Virus record (IMG/VR): IMGVR_UViG_3300045988_069579
Location: 1 to 43,212 of that record
Origin: a virus
DNA: 43,212 bases
Strand: one strand, 5' to 3'
A program made the translations under genes and the position numbers. Below the pieces are notes generated by a model. It did not search any database. It was not told where the DNA came from and worked only from the letters and a program-made list of their open reading frames with translations. Position 1 is the stretch's first letter, and each line of letters opens with the position of its first letter. Positions 7,187-16,500 of the stretch are shown here, piece after piece.

Positions 7187-8644
7187 ATGCCGGAATATAA
7201 AATCGACTACCTAAGCCCTACACAACAGGAATTTTTAAAGGATAGGGCGCATGTTGTGTTTTTCGGCGGCGCACGCGGCGGCGGCAAAAGCTTCGTCGTG
7301 CGCGTCTCGGCGGTGCTGTACTGCTTCAAGTTTCCGGGGATAACATGCATGATCGTGCGTAAAACATACCCGGAATTGCAGGAAAACCACATAGTACCTC
7401 TGACACGCGATCTGCATTGCTATGATGCTGATAAATCACAGCGCATGGCGAGCTATAACGATCAGAAGAAGGTCATTACATTCCCGAACGGCAGCAGAAT
7501 ATTGTTTAGGTACTGCGATACCGACAAGGATGCAGAACGCTTTCAGGGCACAGAAACGGATATTCTGTTTTTGGACGAAGGTACCCACCAAACCGAAGAA
7601 CGGTTTAGGAAGCTCTCGGCCTGCGTGCGTGGCGCGAATGATTTCCCACGGCGGATATATGTTACATGTAACCCCGGCGGTGTGGGTCACAGTTGGGTGA
7701 AACGGCTGGCGATAGACCGCGCCTATACCGATGGGGAGAACCCGGAGGACTATTCATTCATTCAAAGCAAGGTCACGGATAACAAGCCGCTGATGGATGC
7801 AGACCCCGACTATATAAAAAAGCTTGAAGCCCTGCCGCCTAAGCTGCGTAAGGCGTGGTTGGAGGGCGAATGGGATATATTCGACGGCGCATTCTTTGAA
7901 GATTTCAGAACGCGCCCGGATGCGCAACTGTGCGCAAAGGCGGGGATAACGCCGGAAGAAGCTATAGCACAGCGCAGATTTACGCATGTTATACCGGCGT
8001 TTGACCTGAACGAAGGCGCGGCGCGTGGCTGGACGATATACAGGTCATACGACTTCGGCTATAACAAGCCATTCAGCTGCGCATGGTGGGCTATCGACTA
8101 TGACGGCGTACTGTATCGCGTTTTGGAGCTGTACGGCTGCACAGATACGCCTAACGAAGGTGTCAAGTGGACTCCCGACGAGCAGTTTAAGCGCATCCGC
8201 GAGACGGAGCAGACGCACCCATGGTTTAAAGGGCGCAAGATACTTGGTGTTGCTGACCCGTCAATATGGGATGTGTCGCGCGGCGTGTCGGTCGCGGAGA
8301 CCGCCGAGAAATACGGTGTGTACTTCGACCCCGGCGACAACAAGCGGCTTGCAGGCTGGATGCAATGCCATTATCGGCTGCAATTTGACGATAACGGATA
8401 TCCGCGCATGTATGTATTCGACAACTGCAAGGCGTTTATCCGTACTATACCGTTGCTGATGTACGATGAACACAAGCCCGAAGATTTGGACACGTCGATG
8501 GAAGACCACGTAGGCGATGAATGGCGTTATATGTGTATGGCAAGACCGATAAGCCCGATAATACCTCAAAAACCGAAAGTTATATTGTCAGACCCACTGA
8601 ACCAATACAAAAAGGATGGATACAAAGCAAATGGATATCACTAA
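7187..8644 (+). CDS. terL: Terminase large subunit
   Basis: It has a Walker A-like motif (FFGGARGGGKSF), a Walker B-like motif (ILFLDEGTH), and a C-terminal nuclease-type region. It is 485 aa. Confidence 0.9.
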   Translation: MPEYKIDYLSPTQQEFLKDRAHVVFFGGARGGGKSFVVRVSAVLYCFKFPGITCMIVRKTYPELQENHIVPLTRDLHCYDADKSQRMASYNDQKKVITFPNGSRILFRYCDTDKDAERFQGTETDILFLDEGTHQTEERFRKLSACVRGANDFPRRIYVTCNPGGVGHSWVKRLAIDRAYTDGENPEDYSFIQSKVTDNKPLMDADPDYIKKLEALPPKLRKAWLEGEWDIFDGAFFEDFRTRPDAQLCAKAGITPEEAIAQRRFTHVIPAFDLNEGAARGWTIYRSYDFGYNKPFSCAWWAIDYDGVLYRVLELYGCTDTPNEGVKWTPDEQFKRIRETEQTHPWFKGRKILGVADPSIWDVSRGVSVAETAEKYGVYFDPGDNKRLAGWMQCHYRLQFDDNGYPRMYVFDNCKAFIRTIPLLMYDEHKPEDLDTSMEDHVGDEWRYMCMARPISPIIPQKPKVILSDPLNQYKKDGYKANGYH

Positions 8645-10547
8645 GGACACTATACGAGCAGACGGCAGCAAAGCGCCCGAGCTTGGCAGCGTTGAAACTG
8701 CGGCGCAGATGCTTGGCATAAAACCCATTGGGGAACAGCAGATACAGGATTTGATGCAGATACTAAACAAATATCGCGCCGGGAAGAAGTCGGTCGATAG
8801 CCGTATCATCGCATCGGAAAACTGGTGGAAGCTGCGAAACGATGTTGAAGAAGACAAGGACGGCCACGCAAAGCCGGGCTTTCGTAGCAAAAGCGGCTGG
8901 CTGCATAACGTTATCACCAACAAACACGCCGACTCAATGGATGCCTACCCCGAGCCTAACATACTGCCGAGGGAACAGGGCGATAAAGCAGAGGCGGCTA
9001 TGCTGTCTAAAATAATCCCTGTTGTGCTGGAAAAAAACCAGTTTGAGGCCACCTACAGCAAAGTTATGTGGTCGAAGCTAAAGACCGGCACAGGCGTGTA
9101 CAAGGTCATATGGGACAAGAACAAAATGAACGGCTTGGGCGATATCGATGTGCGCAAGTGCAACATCCTTAATTTGTTTTGGGAGCCGGGCGTTGAGGAT
9201 ATACAGCAGTCAAAGTATTTCTTTGAGGTCGATTTTCAGGACGAAACCGAAGTCCGAGCCATGTTCCCGGCTGAGCTGCCGGAGGGCAAGAATATACCGC
9301 ATGATTTTATAACCAGCAAATACAGATACGATGACCATGTAGACACTACGGACAAAGTGCCTGTTATCAGTGCGTACTATCACAAAAACGGCGTGCTGCA
9401 CTACATACTGTTTGTCCCCGGCACTGTGCTTTACGCGACGGAAAATGACCCTGACCGTGCAATGACCGGCTGGTATGACCACAGCAAATACCCGTATGTG
9501 TTTGATACGCTATTTCCCATTGAGGGCAGCCCATGCGGATACGGCTATGTAGACCTGTGCAAAGCGCCGCAGACGGAAATTGACCTGATGAAAACGGCGT
9601 ATGTGGAAAATGCAATGGTCGGCGCAAAACCCAGGTACTTTAAGAAAGCCAACTGCGGCGTAAACGTTGAGCAGTTTACGAACCTGAATGAAACCATCAT
9701 AAACGTCGAAGGCAGCTTAAACGACGATAACCTAAAGCCTGTTACGCACGATAACCTTGACGGTAACTATATCAGCATGCTGCAGCTTAGCATCAACGAA
9801 TTGCGCGAAACCAGCGGCAACACAGAAACCGCAACAGGCACGACAAGCAGCGGAGTAACGGCTGCAAGCGCAATAGCAGCATTGCAGGAAGCCAGCGGCA
9901 AAGGCAGCAGAGACAGCACCAAGGCAAGCTACAGGGCATACAGCGAATTAAACTATCTTGTCATAGAGCTGATAAGGCAGTTTTACGATGCGCCGCGTCA
10001 GTTCCGCATTCTGGGCGACGGCGGCGAGGAATTGTTTTTAAGCTATTCCAACGAGCACATAAAGCCGCAGACACAGATGTTTGCCGGATACGATATCGGG
10101 CAGCGTGTGCCGGAGTTTGATATCAACGTCGTTCCGCAGAAGCGCACGGCATACACCAAGATGTCAAACAATGAATTGGCATTGCAGTTTTATAATCTCG
10201 GCTTTTTCAATCCGCAGCAGACAGACCAGGCGCTTGCATGCCTTACGATGATGGATTTTGACAGCATCGACAACGTTCGAAAGACCATCAAGCAGAACGG
10301 CACACTGTTTGACAGATTTAACACGGTACTGCAAGTCGCGGCACTGCTTGCGGCCAAATGCGGTGATGCGCAGTCGCTTGCGCAGATACAGGCTATAGCA
10401 CAGCAGGCCAACGTGCAGATCAGCACACCGCAGGCGAATATACAGCTTGCAGAAGACCCGGCAAAGCGCGAACATGCGCAGGTGTCTAACGCCCGGGCAA
10501 AGACGCGCGAGGCGGCAATGCCCGATGGAGGACATGCAACGACATGA
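8616..10547 (+). CDS. Portal protein
   Basis: A 643-aa ORF directly after terL, with the size and position typical of a portal. I did not recognise specific portal motifs. Confidence 0.75.
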   Translation: MDTKQMDITKDTIRADGSKAPELGSVETAAQMLGIKPIGEQQIQDLMQILNKYRAGKKSVDSRIIASENWWKLRNDVEEDKDGHAKPGFRSKSGWLHNVITNKHADSMDAYPEPNILPREQGDKAEAAMLSKIIPVVLEKNQFEATYSKVMWSKLKTGTGVYKVIWDKNKMNGLGDIDVRKCNILNLFWEPGVEDIQQSKYFFEVDFQDETEVRAMFPAELPEGKNIPHDFITSKYRYDDHVDTTDKVPVISAYYHKNGVLHYILFVPGTVLYATENDPDRAMTGWYDHSKYPYVFDTLFPIEGSPCGYGYVDLCKAPQTEIDLMKTAYVENAMVGAKPRYFKKANCGVNVEQFTNLNETIINVEGSLNDDNLKPVTHDNLDGNYISMLQLSINELRETSGNTETATGTTSSGVTAASAIAALQEASGKGSRDSTKASYRAYSELNYLVIELIRQFYDAPRQFRILGDGGEELFLSYSNEHIKPQTQMFAGYDIGQRVPEFDINVVPQKRTAYTKMSNNELALQFYNLGFFNPQQTDQALACLTMMDFDSIDNVRKTIKQNGTLFDRFNTVLQVAALLAAKCGDAQSLAQIQAIAQQANVQISTPQANIQLAEDPAKREHAQVSNARAKTREAAMPDGGHATT

Positions 10548-10888
10548 TAAATGTATGCGTAAACAGCACCGGCAGCACGTTTGAATTAAAAATCGAAGGG
10601 CATGCGCAGTCTGCGCCCAAAGGCGAGGATTTGATATGCGCGGCTGCGACAATCCTTGTGCGCACGGCAGCGGCTATTTTGCAGGAAAGTTCCAAAGATA
10701 TCACCGAAGTGGATATATCCGACGGCAAAGCGCGAATAAAGCTGACTGAATATGACCCTGTGGCAGTCGTTGAAATGGCGGTAATAGTCAAGGGCTTTGT
10801 GTTGCTGATGCAGGAATACCCGGAATACATAAAAATTTTCACAGAAACTGAAAAAAATGCGCAAGGTGGGGCTGAAAGCGAAGCATAA
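10544..10888 (+). CDS. prp: Prp-like cysteine protease (ribosomal-processing protease / DUF464 family)
   Basis: EGHAQSAPKGEDLICAAATIL matches the Prp/YsxB signature GHA....G.D.vCAA. It sits between portal and scaffold. Confidence 0.7.
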   Translation: MINVCVNSTGSTFELKIEGHAQSAPKGEDLICAAATILVRTAAAILQESSKDITEVDISDGKARIKLTEYDPVAVVEMAVIVKGFVLLMQEYPEYIKIFTETEKNAQGGAESEA

Positions 10889-10998
10889 GTAAATGCTATG
10901 CTGAAAACGTGGGTTGCATGAGACAGCAAGTTCACCTCCTTTAAGATGTCGCCCTGGCAGGCGGCGGCTGTAATAGTCTGCTACATCTCCTTTCTTAC

Positions 10999-11030
10999 GG
11001 GCGGAGTTCCCCCTTCTCCGCCCCTTTTGT
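10999..11030 (+). terminator. Hairpin plus T-tract, probable intrinsic terminator or attenuator
   Basis: An 8-bp GC stem (gggcggag / ctccgccc) with a 9-nt loop is followed by cttttgt. Confidence 0.55.
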
Positions 11031-11032
11031 AT

Positions 11033-11099
11033 ATCGCCTTAGTTTAACGGTAAAACGCTCGGAGAGATAGAGATGCAGGTTCGAGCCCTGCAGGCGGTA
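11033..11099 (+). ncRNA. tRNA-like element with degenerate anticodon arm (pseudo-tRNA?)
   Basis: There is a 7-bp acceptor stem (11033-39 with 11092-98). The D arm is gttt / aacggta / aaac with GG. The T arm is gcagg / ttcgagc / cctgc. Only 18 nt lie between the D and T arms, with at best a 3-bp stem, and no CCA is encoded. Confidence 0.35.
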
Positions 11100-11144
11100 C
11101 GACGGGCTCGCCCACCTACGGGCAAATAAATAGGAGGCATGTAA

Positions 11145-12158
11145 ATGCACAACAAATTCAGTTGGCTGCAGCTATTCGCGGACGGTACCGGCGATGGCGG
11201 TGCAGCCACTTCGGGCGAAACATCTGCCGCCGCCGGGCAGAACACGGGCGTTAATGTGTCTGTTGCCGCCGAACAGACAGCACCGAAAACCACGGCTGAC
11301 AGGCTCGCTGAGCTTGGAGTGCCTAAGGAAAAACTCGGACGGGCGAAATATGGCAAGGCTGTTAATCAGCCTAAAGCCGATGCGCAGGCCGCCGCTGCGC
11401 CAAAGGAAGCCATAGAGGCAGCAGAGACTAAAGATACAGCAAAGCGGCTTACATGGGATGAAATCATGGCAGACCCCGACTATAACCGGGAGATGCAGAA
11501 AGTAGTCTCGTCGGCAAAGACAAAGTACAAGGCGGACGCCGAGGGGCTTGAGAAGCTTGCTCCGGCGTTGCAGCTGCTATCCAAAAAGTACGGCGTAGAC
11601 TCGGGAGATTATGACGCAATCGCAAAGGCGGTCGCGGATGATGACGAGTATTACGAAGACCGTGCAATGGAGTTGGGTGTATCGACCGAGGTCGCAAAGC
11701 AGCTCGAGCGCTCCGAGGCTGTGGCAAGAGCAGCAGAAGCGCAAAAGCAGCAGTTTATCAACGAGCAGAAGCTTATGGAGCATCTGAGCAAGATGAACGC
11801 GCAGGCCGTTGAGCTTCAAAAAAAATACCCCAACTTTGATTTGCGGAAAGAGCTGGACAACCCTACATTCCGACGCTTGACCGCGCCTGACCTGATGTTC
11901 TCGCTTGAAGATGCATATGAGCTTGTGCATCGTGATGAAATAAAGGAAAGCATACGGCAGGCAGCGCTGAAAGCATCGGTACAGCAGGTGTCCAATGCTG
12001 TGCAGTCGAATAGATCGCGCCCGAGTGAGGGCGGCGTTCCCAAGTCCTCTAACGCTTCCATTCAGACGTTTGATTACAGAAACGCCACGAGGGAACAGAG
12101 AGAGGCGTTGAAAGCCCGGATTAGATCGGGTGAAAAGATATATCCCGGGCAGTTTTAA
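11145..12158 (+). CDS. Scaffolding protein with Prp-type N-terminal leader
   Basis: It sits between the protease and the capsid gene. The product is Ala/Glu/Lys-rich and helical. The N-terminus MHNKFSWLQLFADG resembles the L27 leader cleaved by Prp. Confidence 0.65.
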   Translation: MHNKFSWLQLFADGTGDGGAATSGETSAAAGQNTGVNVSVAAEQTAPKTTADRLAELGVPKEKLGRAKYGKAVNQPKADAQAAAAPKEAIEAAETKDTAKRLTWDEIMADPDYNREMQKVVSSAKTKYKADAEGLEKLAPALQLLSKKYGVDSGDYDAIAKAVADDDEYYEDRAMELGVSTEVAKQLERSEAVARAAEAQKQQFINEQKLMEHLSKMNAQAVELQKKYPNFDLRKELDNPTFRRLTAPDLMFSLEDAYELVHRDEIKESIRQAALKASVQQVSNAVQSNRSRPSEGGVPKSSNASIQTFDYRNATREQREALKARIRSGEKIYPGQF

Positions 12159-12203
12159 GCCTTGAGCGTTTCCGCGTGGCCTATGACCATGAAAGGAAAC
12201 GAT

Positions 12204-13355
12204 ATGATCAATTTTAATTGGATTCAGATTTTCGCAGATGCAGGCACCGTTGTTAACACCCTTGTTAGCAACGGCACCTCCAACTACACCAACGCATACA
12301 CCGGCGAGGCCGTCGCGGCCAGCCCTGCCACTAACACGATGGCGCCCGAACTTAAGACGTTCTATGACACTGAGCTGCTCGAAAATGCCAGAGTTGAGAT
12401 GTTCTATGCGCAGTTTGGCCGCAAGCAGAGACTGCCCAAGAACGGCGGCACCACTGTTGAATGGCGTAAGTTTAACACCTTTGCAAAGGCGACTGAGCTT
12501 AAGGAAGGCGTTATCCCCACCGGTCAGCAGTTTGGCGCAACTAAGCTGACTGCATCTATCACGCAGTATGGCACTTACACCTCTATCACCGATAAGCTCG
12601 AGATGCGCGCATATGACGATGTCATTCTTGCAGCGACCGAGGAAATGGGCGCATCCGCTGCGGCTACTCAGGAAACCCTTATCCGTGATGCGCTGCTTGT
12701 CGGCACTAACGTAATGTACTGCGATAACGTCACCGAGGACGGCACTAAAGTTTCTACTCCTACTTCCCCGGCAACCATGGGCGCAGGCGGCACTACTTCC
12801 AGCAGCGGCAGCTCGACTCCTGACGGCTGGGCACTGCTTACCCCCACCATGGTAAACAAGGCCGTTACTAAGCTCAAGAAAGACCGTGTGCCCAAGATAA
12901 ACGGCAAATACTATGCTGTTATCCATCCCTCTGTTGCATATGACCTGCGCCAGAGCAAGGAATGGATTGAAGTGCATAAGTATGCAGCTACCTCCGAGAT
13001 CTTCAACGGCGAAATCGGCGAGCTGCACGGCTGCCGCTTCATCGAGGATACCTATGCACCTATTCTCGGCGCGAGCTACAAGTATTCCAGTAGCGCTACC
13101 TACAAGAATAAGTCCGATGGCGTTACTTATGCGACTTACTTCTTCGGCAAGGACGGCTTTGGCATTATCGACCCCGAGGGCGGCGGCCTTGAGATGATCG
13201 CTCATGACAAGGACGAAATCGGCGGTCCTCTTAACCAGTTCAGCACCATCGGTTACAAGTTCGAGACCAACGGCGCAACTATCCTTTACCCTGAGCGCGT
13301 ACTCCGCGTGATGTCCGTCAGCTCGTATTCCGCGACTGACGAAGAAAACAAGTAA
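12204..13355 (+). CDS. Major capsid protein with Prp-type N-terminal leader
   Basis: A 383-aa ORF from ATG 12204 (GAAAGGAAAC upstream). The N-terminus is MINFNWIQIFADAG. It follows the scaffold and is followed by a strong hairpin. Confidence 0.8.
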   Translation: MINFNWIQIFADAGTVVNTLVSNGTSNYTNAYTGEAVAASPATNTMAPELKTFYDTELLENARVEMFYAQFGRKQRLPKNGGTTVEWRKFNTFAKATELKEGVIPTGQQFGATKLTASITQYGTYTSITDKLEMRAYDDVILAATEEMGASAAATQETLIRDALLVGTNVMYCDNVTEDGTKVSTPTSPATMGAGGTTSSSGSSTPDGWALLTPTMVNKAVTKLKKDRVPKINGKYYAVIHPSVAYDLRQSKEWIEVHKYAATSEIFNGEIGELHGCRFIEDTYAPILGASYKYSSSATYKNKSDGVTYATYFFGKDGFGIIDPEGGGLEMIAHDKDEIGGPLNQFSTIGYKFETNGATILYPERVLRVMSVSSYSATDEENK

Positions 13356-13363
13356 TTATCCCG

Positions 13364-13389
13364 GGAGGGGCGGAACACTCTGCCCCTCC
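13364..13389 (+). other. GC-rich hairpin after the capsid gene (RNA stabiliser or attenuator, no U-tract)
   Basis: An 8-bp stem (ggaggggc / gcccctcc) with a 10-nt loop. Confidence 0.4.
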
Positions 13390-13407
13390 GCCTGAGAGGA
13401 GCAAAAC

Positions 13408-13632
13408 ATGGCTAAAAAAACAGAAAATGAAAGAGTTGAAATGTTTATACCGAGAGGCGACAGAAACAGTGATCCCGATCTGTTTGTGTCGATAAACGGC
13501 AAAAACTATCTGCTGCCCAAAGGCAAAACAAGCTTCGTCCCCAAAGAAGTGGCGGACGAGATCGAGCGCTCAAACTACGCTCAGCGCATGCTCGACGAAC
13601 ACATCGACGAGATGAAGTTTGCCGCGCACTAA
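13408..13632 (+). CDS. Hypothetical small head-associated protein
   Basis: GAGAGGAG serves as the SD. The ORF is 74 aa and lies between the capsid gene and a terminator. Confidence 0.55.
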   Translation: MAKKTENERVEMFIPRGDRNSDPDLFVSINGKNYLLPKGKTSFVPKEVADEIERSNYAQRMLDEHIDEMKFAAH

Positions 13633-13649
13633 TTAATATCAAAAATAAC

Positions 13650-13675
13650 AGCCGCCTCATGGCGGCTATTTTAAT
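13650..13675 (+). terminator. Rho-independent terminator
   Basis: The stem agccgcc / ggcggct has a tcat loop and is followed by attttaat. Confidence 0.65.
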
Positions 13676-13686
13676 AGGAGAACAAT

Positions 13687-14061
13687 ATGACAATTGCAGA
13701 AGCAATAGAAATTACCGATAAGCTTACGCCTAACGCATACGATGAAACCGAAAAGGTACGATGGCTGCTGACTATTGACCAGATGGTGTATACAGACCTG
13801 ATAGCCACGCACGAGGGCGCGGAGAAGTTTGAAAAGCCTGAGTATGCAGCAGAGGACATAGCGACCGATTTGCTGGTTCCCGAGCCGTATGCAGAAGATA
13901 TCTATGTTAATTACCTACAGGCCAAAATAGCGCAGCAAAACGGCGAGGATGCCAAGTACAATAAGGCCGTTCTGTTTTACAACGACGGTTACACGCGATT
14001 TGCGCAGGCATATGACGCGGCGCACAGACCGCTGCCGAAACTGACGCATTTCAGGTTTTAG
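13687..14061 (+). CDS. Putative head-tail adaptor / head completion protein
   Basis: The call rests on position and size (124 aa). An AGGAGA SD precedes the start. I am not confident of any family. Confidence 0.4.
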   Translation: MTIAEAIEITDKLTPNAYDETEKVRWLLTIDQMVYTDLIATHEGAEKFEKPEYAAEDIATDLLVPEPYAEDIYVNYLQAKIAQQNGEDAKYNKAVLFYNDGYTRFAQAYDAAHRPLPKLTHFRF

Positions 14062-14071
14062 GGAGGACTGC

Positions 14072-16048
14072 ATGCCGACATATATAACTATACCCGAAAG
14101 CAGCACAATCGAGACAGTCGTTGATACCTTCGGCGGCTATAACCACAACTACAAAATCGGCGACGGAGAGTTTTATGATATGAAAAATCTCACGAGCGAT
14201 TACTATCCGCTCATGGGTAATCGCGATGCAAGGAGCATTATAGCTGCCGGGAAATTTACCGCGATATACGGCATGATCGCCGACGTTGACTCAAATCTTT
14301 ACGTTGTCGGCAAGACCGCCGATAGCGGAGTCGGGATTTACAAAATCTATCGCGGCACCGGTACATATACCACAACCAAAAAGGTTTTATTAACGGTAGA
14401 CGGTGTGGTAGATAACTCAATCAGCATATCGGAAAGCACAAAGCAGATGATGTTTTTCTCCAATAAGCTCGTTATTTATCCCGATAAGCTGAGTATTCGA
14501 AGCGAGAGCGGCACGGCAACAGATACAACGGAAAATCACGAGTATGAAAAGCTGTATAAGTCTATCGAGGCGACGGCCACGACGGATACACCGATAAAAT
14601 TTACGGCTTGCACAGAAGACGGCGAAGCAGTGACCTTTACCAAGAGTGCAACAGCGCCGCCCAGCCCTAAAACGGGTGACTTGTGGCTTGACACGTCGAG
14701 CACCGATACCGGCGCGGTGTGGAAAAAGTACATTGCCGGATCATGGGCTAAGACAAGCGACATAAAGGCACGTATCGTTTTGCCGATGGGTACGATGACC
14801 GAAAAGGCAATAAACAAAATCAGCATCGATAGCGGTGACACGATAGAGATATCTTTTACCGACGCGACGTTCTCCGAGGACGATAACTCGGCAAAGTTTG
14901 AAGGGCAGCATACCCCGGCAAAGCGAGTTATCAATAAGACCAACGAGACAACGGCGGCCGATGGCACAAAGTCATACACGGTCGAGCTTATATATGTATT
15001 CGTTGATATCGTAACCGGAGACTTTAACCAGACAGCAGGCAGCATAAAGCTTTATAGGGATGCGCCAGACCTTGATTTTGTTGTGCAGGCGCAAAACCGC
15101 ATTTGGGGATGCAGATATAACTATGAAGCATCCGAGGACGCTGAGAAAACGAATGTAAATGAGATATACGCCTCAAAGTTAGGCGATGAAACCCGATGGT
15201 CAACATACAAGGGCGTTAGCACCGACGCATACCGTGCATCTATAGGCACTCCGGGCGCTTTTACAGGCGTGGCAAACATCGGCGGCAATCTGATTTTCTT
15301 CAAGGAAAACTGTTACCACAAGGTCTATATATCCAGCTCCGGCGCACATCAAATCATAGATAAGACCGTGCAGGGCGTTCAGACGGGGTGCAGCGGTTCG
15401 GTCACTGTGATAGATGATGTTTGCTATTACAAGTCTCGCGGCGGCGTGATGGCGTTTGACGGCACTCAGGCATACGACATCGGCGCGCCTCTCGGCAATG
15501 TGTATTACGTTGCGGCCGAGGGCGGCAGTGCGAACGGCAAGTATTATCTATCCCTCAAAGATACAAGCGGCAAATGGTCGCTGTTTGTGTACGACACAAA
15601 GCGCGGCCTGTGGCACAAGGAAGATGAAAAACACGCGCTTGCATTCTTCTCGATAAACAATGAGACATTCTTCGTTACCGAGGGCAGCAACGGATACGCA
15701 ATAAACCTTATATCCGACTACACGAAAACAGGCAATGAAGAAGCCGCATTTGAGTGGGAAGCCATAACGGGCTTGCAGGGCTATAACTACACCGGTCAGA
15801 AGTACATAAGCCGCTTTAATCTGCGCATGATGCTGCCCAAAGGCTCGGAGATGATGATTTACATTGAATATGACAGTTCCGGCGTTTGGGAAAAGCAAGG
15901 CCGCATAAAAGGGCAGGGCACAACAACATTTATGGTTCCCGTCAAGCCTAAGCGCTGCGACCATTTCAGAATAAAACTCTTGGGTCATGGCACGGTGCGG
16001 CTATACAGCTTCAGCAAACAGTTTGAGGGAGGAACGGATATCAAATGA
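14072..16048 (+). CDS. Tail structural protein (658 aa, beta-rich, possibly propeller-like C-terminal half)
   Basis: It sits in the tail module. The C-terminal half has repeated G/W/Y-rich beta-strand motifs (IWGCRY, LIFFKENCYHKVY, CYYKSRGGVMAFDG, WSLFVYDTKRGLWHKED). Confidence 0.5.
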   Translation: MPTYITIPESSTIETVVDTFGGYNHNYKIGDGEFYDMKNLTSDYYPLMGNRDARSIIAAGKFTAIYGMIADVDSNLYVVGKTADSGVGIYKIYRGTGTYTTTKKVLLTVDGVVDNSISISESTKQMMFFSNKLVIYPDKLSIRSESGTATDTTENHEYEKLYKSIEATATTDTPIKFTACTEDGEAVTFTKSATAPPSPKTGDLWLDTSSTDTGAVWKKYIAGSWAKTSDIKARIVLPMGTMTEKAINKISIDSGDTIEISFTDATFSEDDNSAKFEGQHTPAKRVINKTNETTAADGTKSYTVELIYVFVDIVTGDFNQTAGSIKLYRDAPDLDFVVQAQNRIWGCRYNYEASEDAEKTNVNEIYASKLGDETRWSTYKGVSTDAYRASIGTPGAFTGVANIGGNLIFFKENCYHKVYISSSGAHQIIDKTVQGVQTGCSGSVTVIDDVCYYKSRGGVMAFDGTQAYDIGAPLGNVYYVAAEGGSANGKYYLSLKDTSGKWSLFVYDTKRGLWHKEDEKHALAFFSINNETFFVTEGSNGYAINLISDYTKTGNEEAAFEWEAITGLQGYNYTGQKYISRFNLRMMLPKGSEMMIYIEYDSSGVWEKQGRIKGQGTTTFMVPVKPKRCDHFRIKLLGHGTVRLYSFSKQFEGGTDIK

Positions 16049-16488
16049 TAGTAATACCTCAGCCGCCTCGAATTTTCGGCACATCCGAGGAAAAGGTAAC
16101 TCAGCTGCACCGATATACGGCTCAGCTCGCCGAAAGCCTCTCGGTGTGGCTGAACGTCGAGGGCGCGGCAAGTGACACAAGCAGCCAGACGAGCACGAGC
16201 AGCAGCGTTGTTGTTGCCGAGGTCTCATCCGACAGCAACGTTGCTTACGGCACATTCCAAATGACATACGGCACAGAGAGCGACACGTCGGTGAGCGTGA
16301 GCTTTGGAAGCAAGGCGAAGTTTGCAGACAAGCCCGTTGTTATCTGCTCTCAGCCGTTTTCAGACCGCAATATAACGATAAAATCCGACAACGTTAGCAA
16401 GACCGGCTTTACCGCCTCGCTTCCCAAAGCGGACGAGGCCGGGAGCTGCACGGTGATGTACATAGCAGTCGGAAAAGCACAGGATTAA
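16045..16488 (+). CDS. Tail protein with possible H-type-lectin-like C-terminal domain
   Basis: The start forms an ATGA overlap. VSFGSKAKFADKPVVICSQ...NVSKTGFTASL...VMYIAVG resembles the H_lectin pattern. This call is tentative. Confidence 0.4.
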   Translation: MIVIPQPPRIFGTSEEKVTQLHRYTAQLAESLSVWLNVEGAASDTSSQTSTSSSVVVAEVSSDSNVAYGTFQMTYGTESDTSVSVSFGSKAKFADKPVVICSQPFSDRNITIKSDNVSKTGFTASLPKADEAGSCTVMYIAVGKAQD

Positions 16489-16500
16489 CGGAGGGTTTAT

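Noticed and set aside
10486-10935. A 149-aa antisense ORF preceded by AAAGGAGGTG on the minus strand, with CACCTCCTTT (anti-SD-like) on the + strand
   Set aside because: The putative GTG start is part of the SD-like string itself, so there is no spacer. The ORF is antisense to the Prp-like gene. I treat it as coincidence, and I did not find a convincing pairing partner for an anti-SD role.
11577-13205. A 542-aa ORF antisense to the scaffold and capsid genes
   Set aside because: It has no SD and an Arg/Cys/Leu/Gly-rich junk composition. It fully overlaps two well-supported + strand structural genes. Long antisense ORFs are expected in GC-rich coding DNA.
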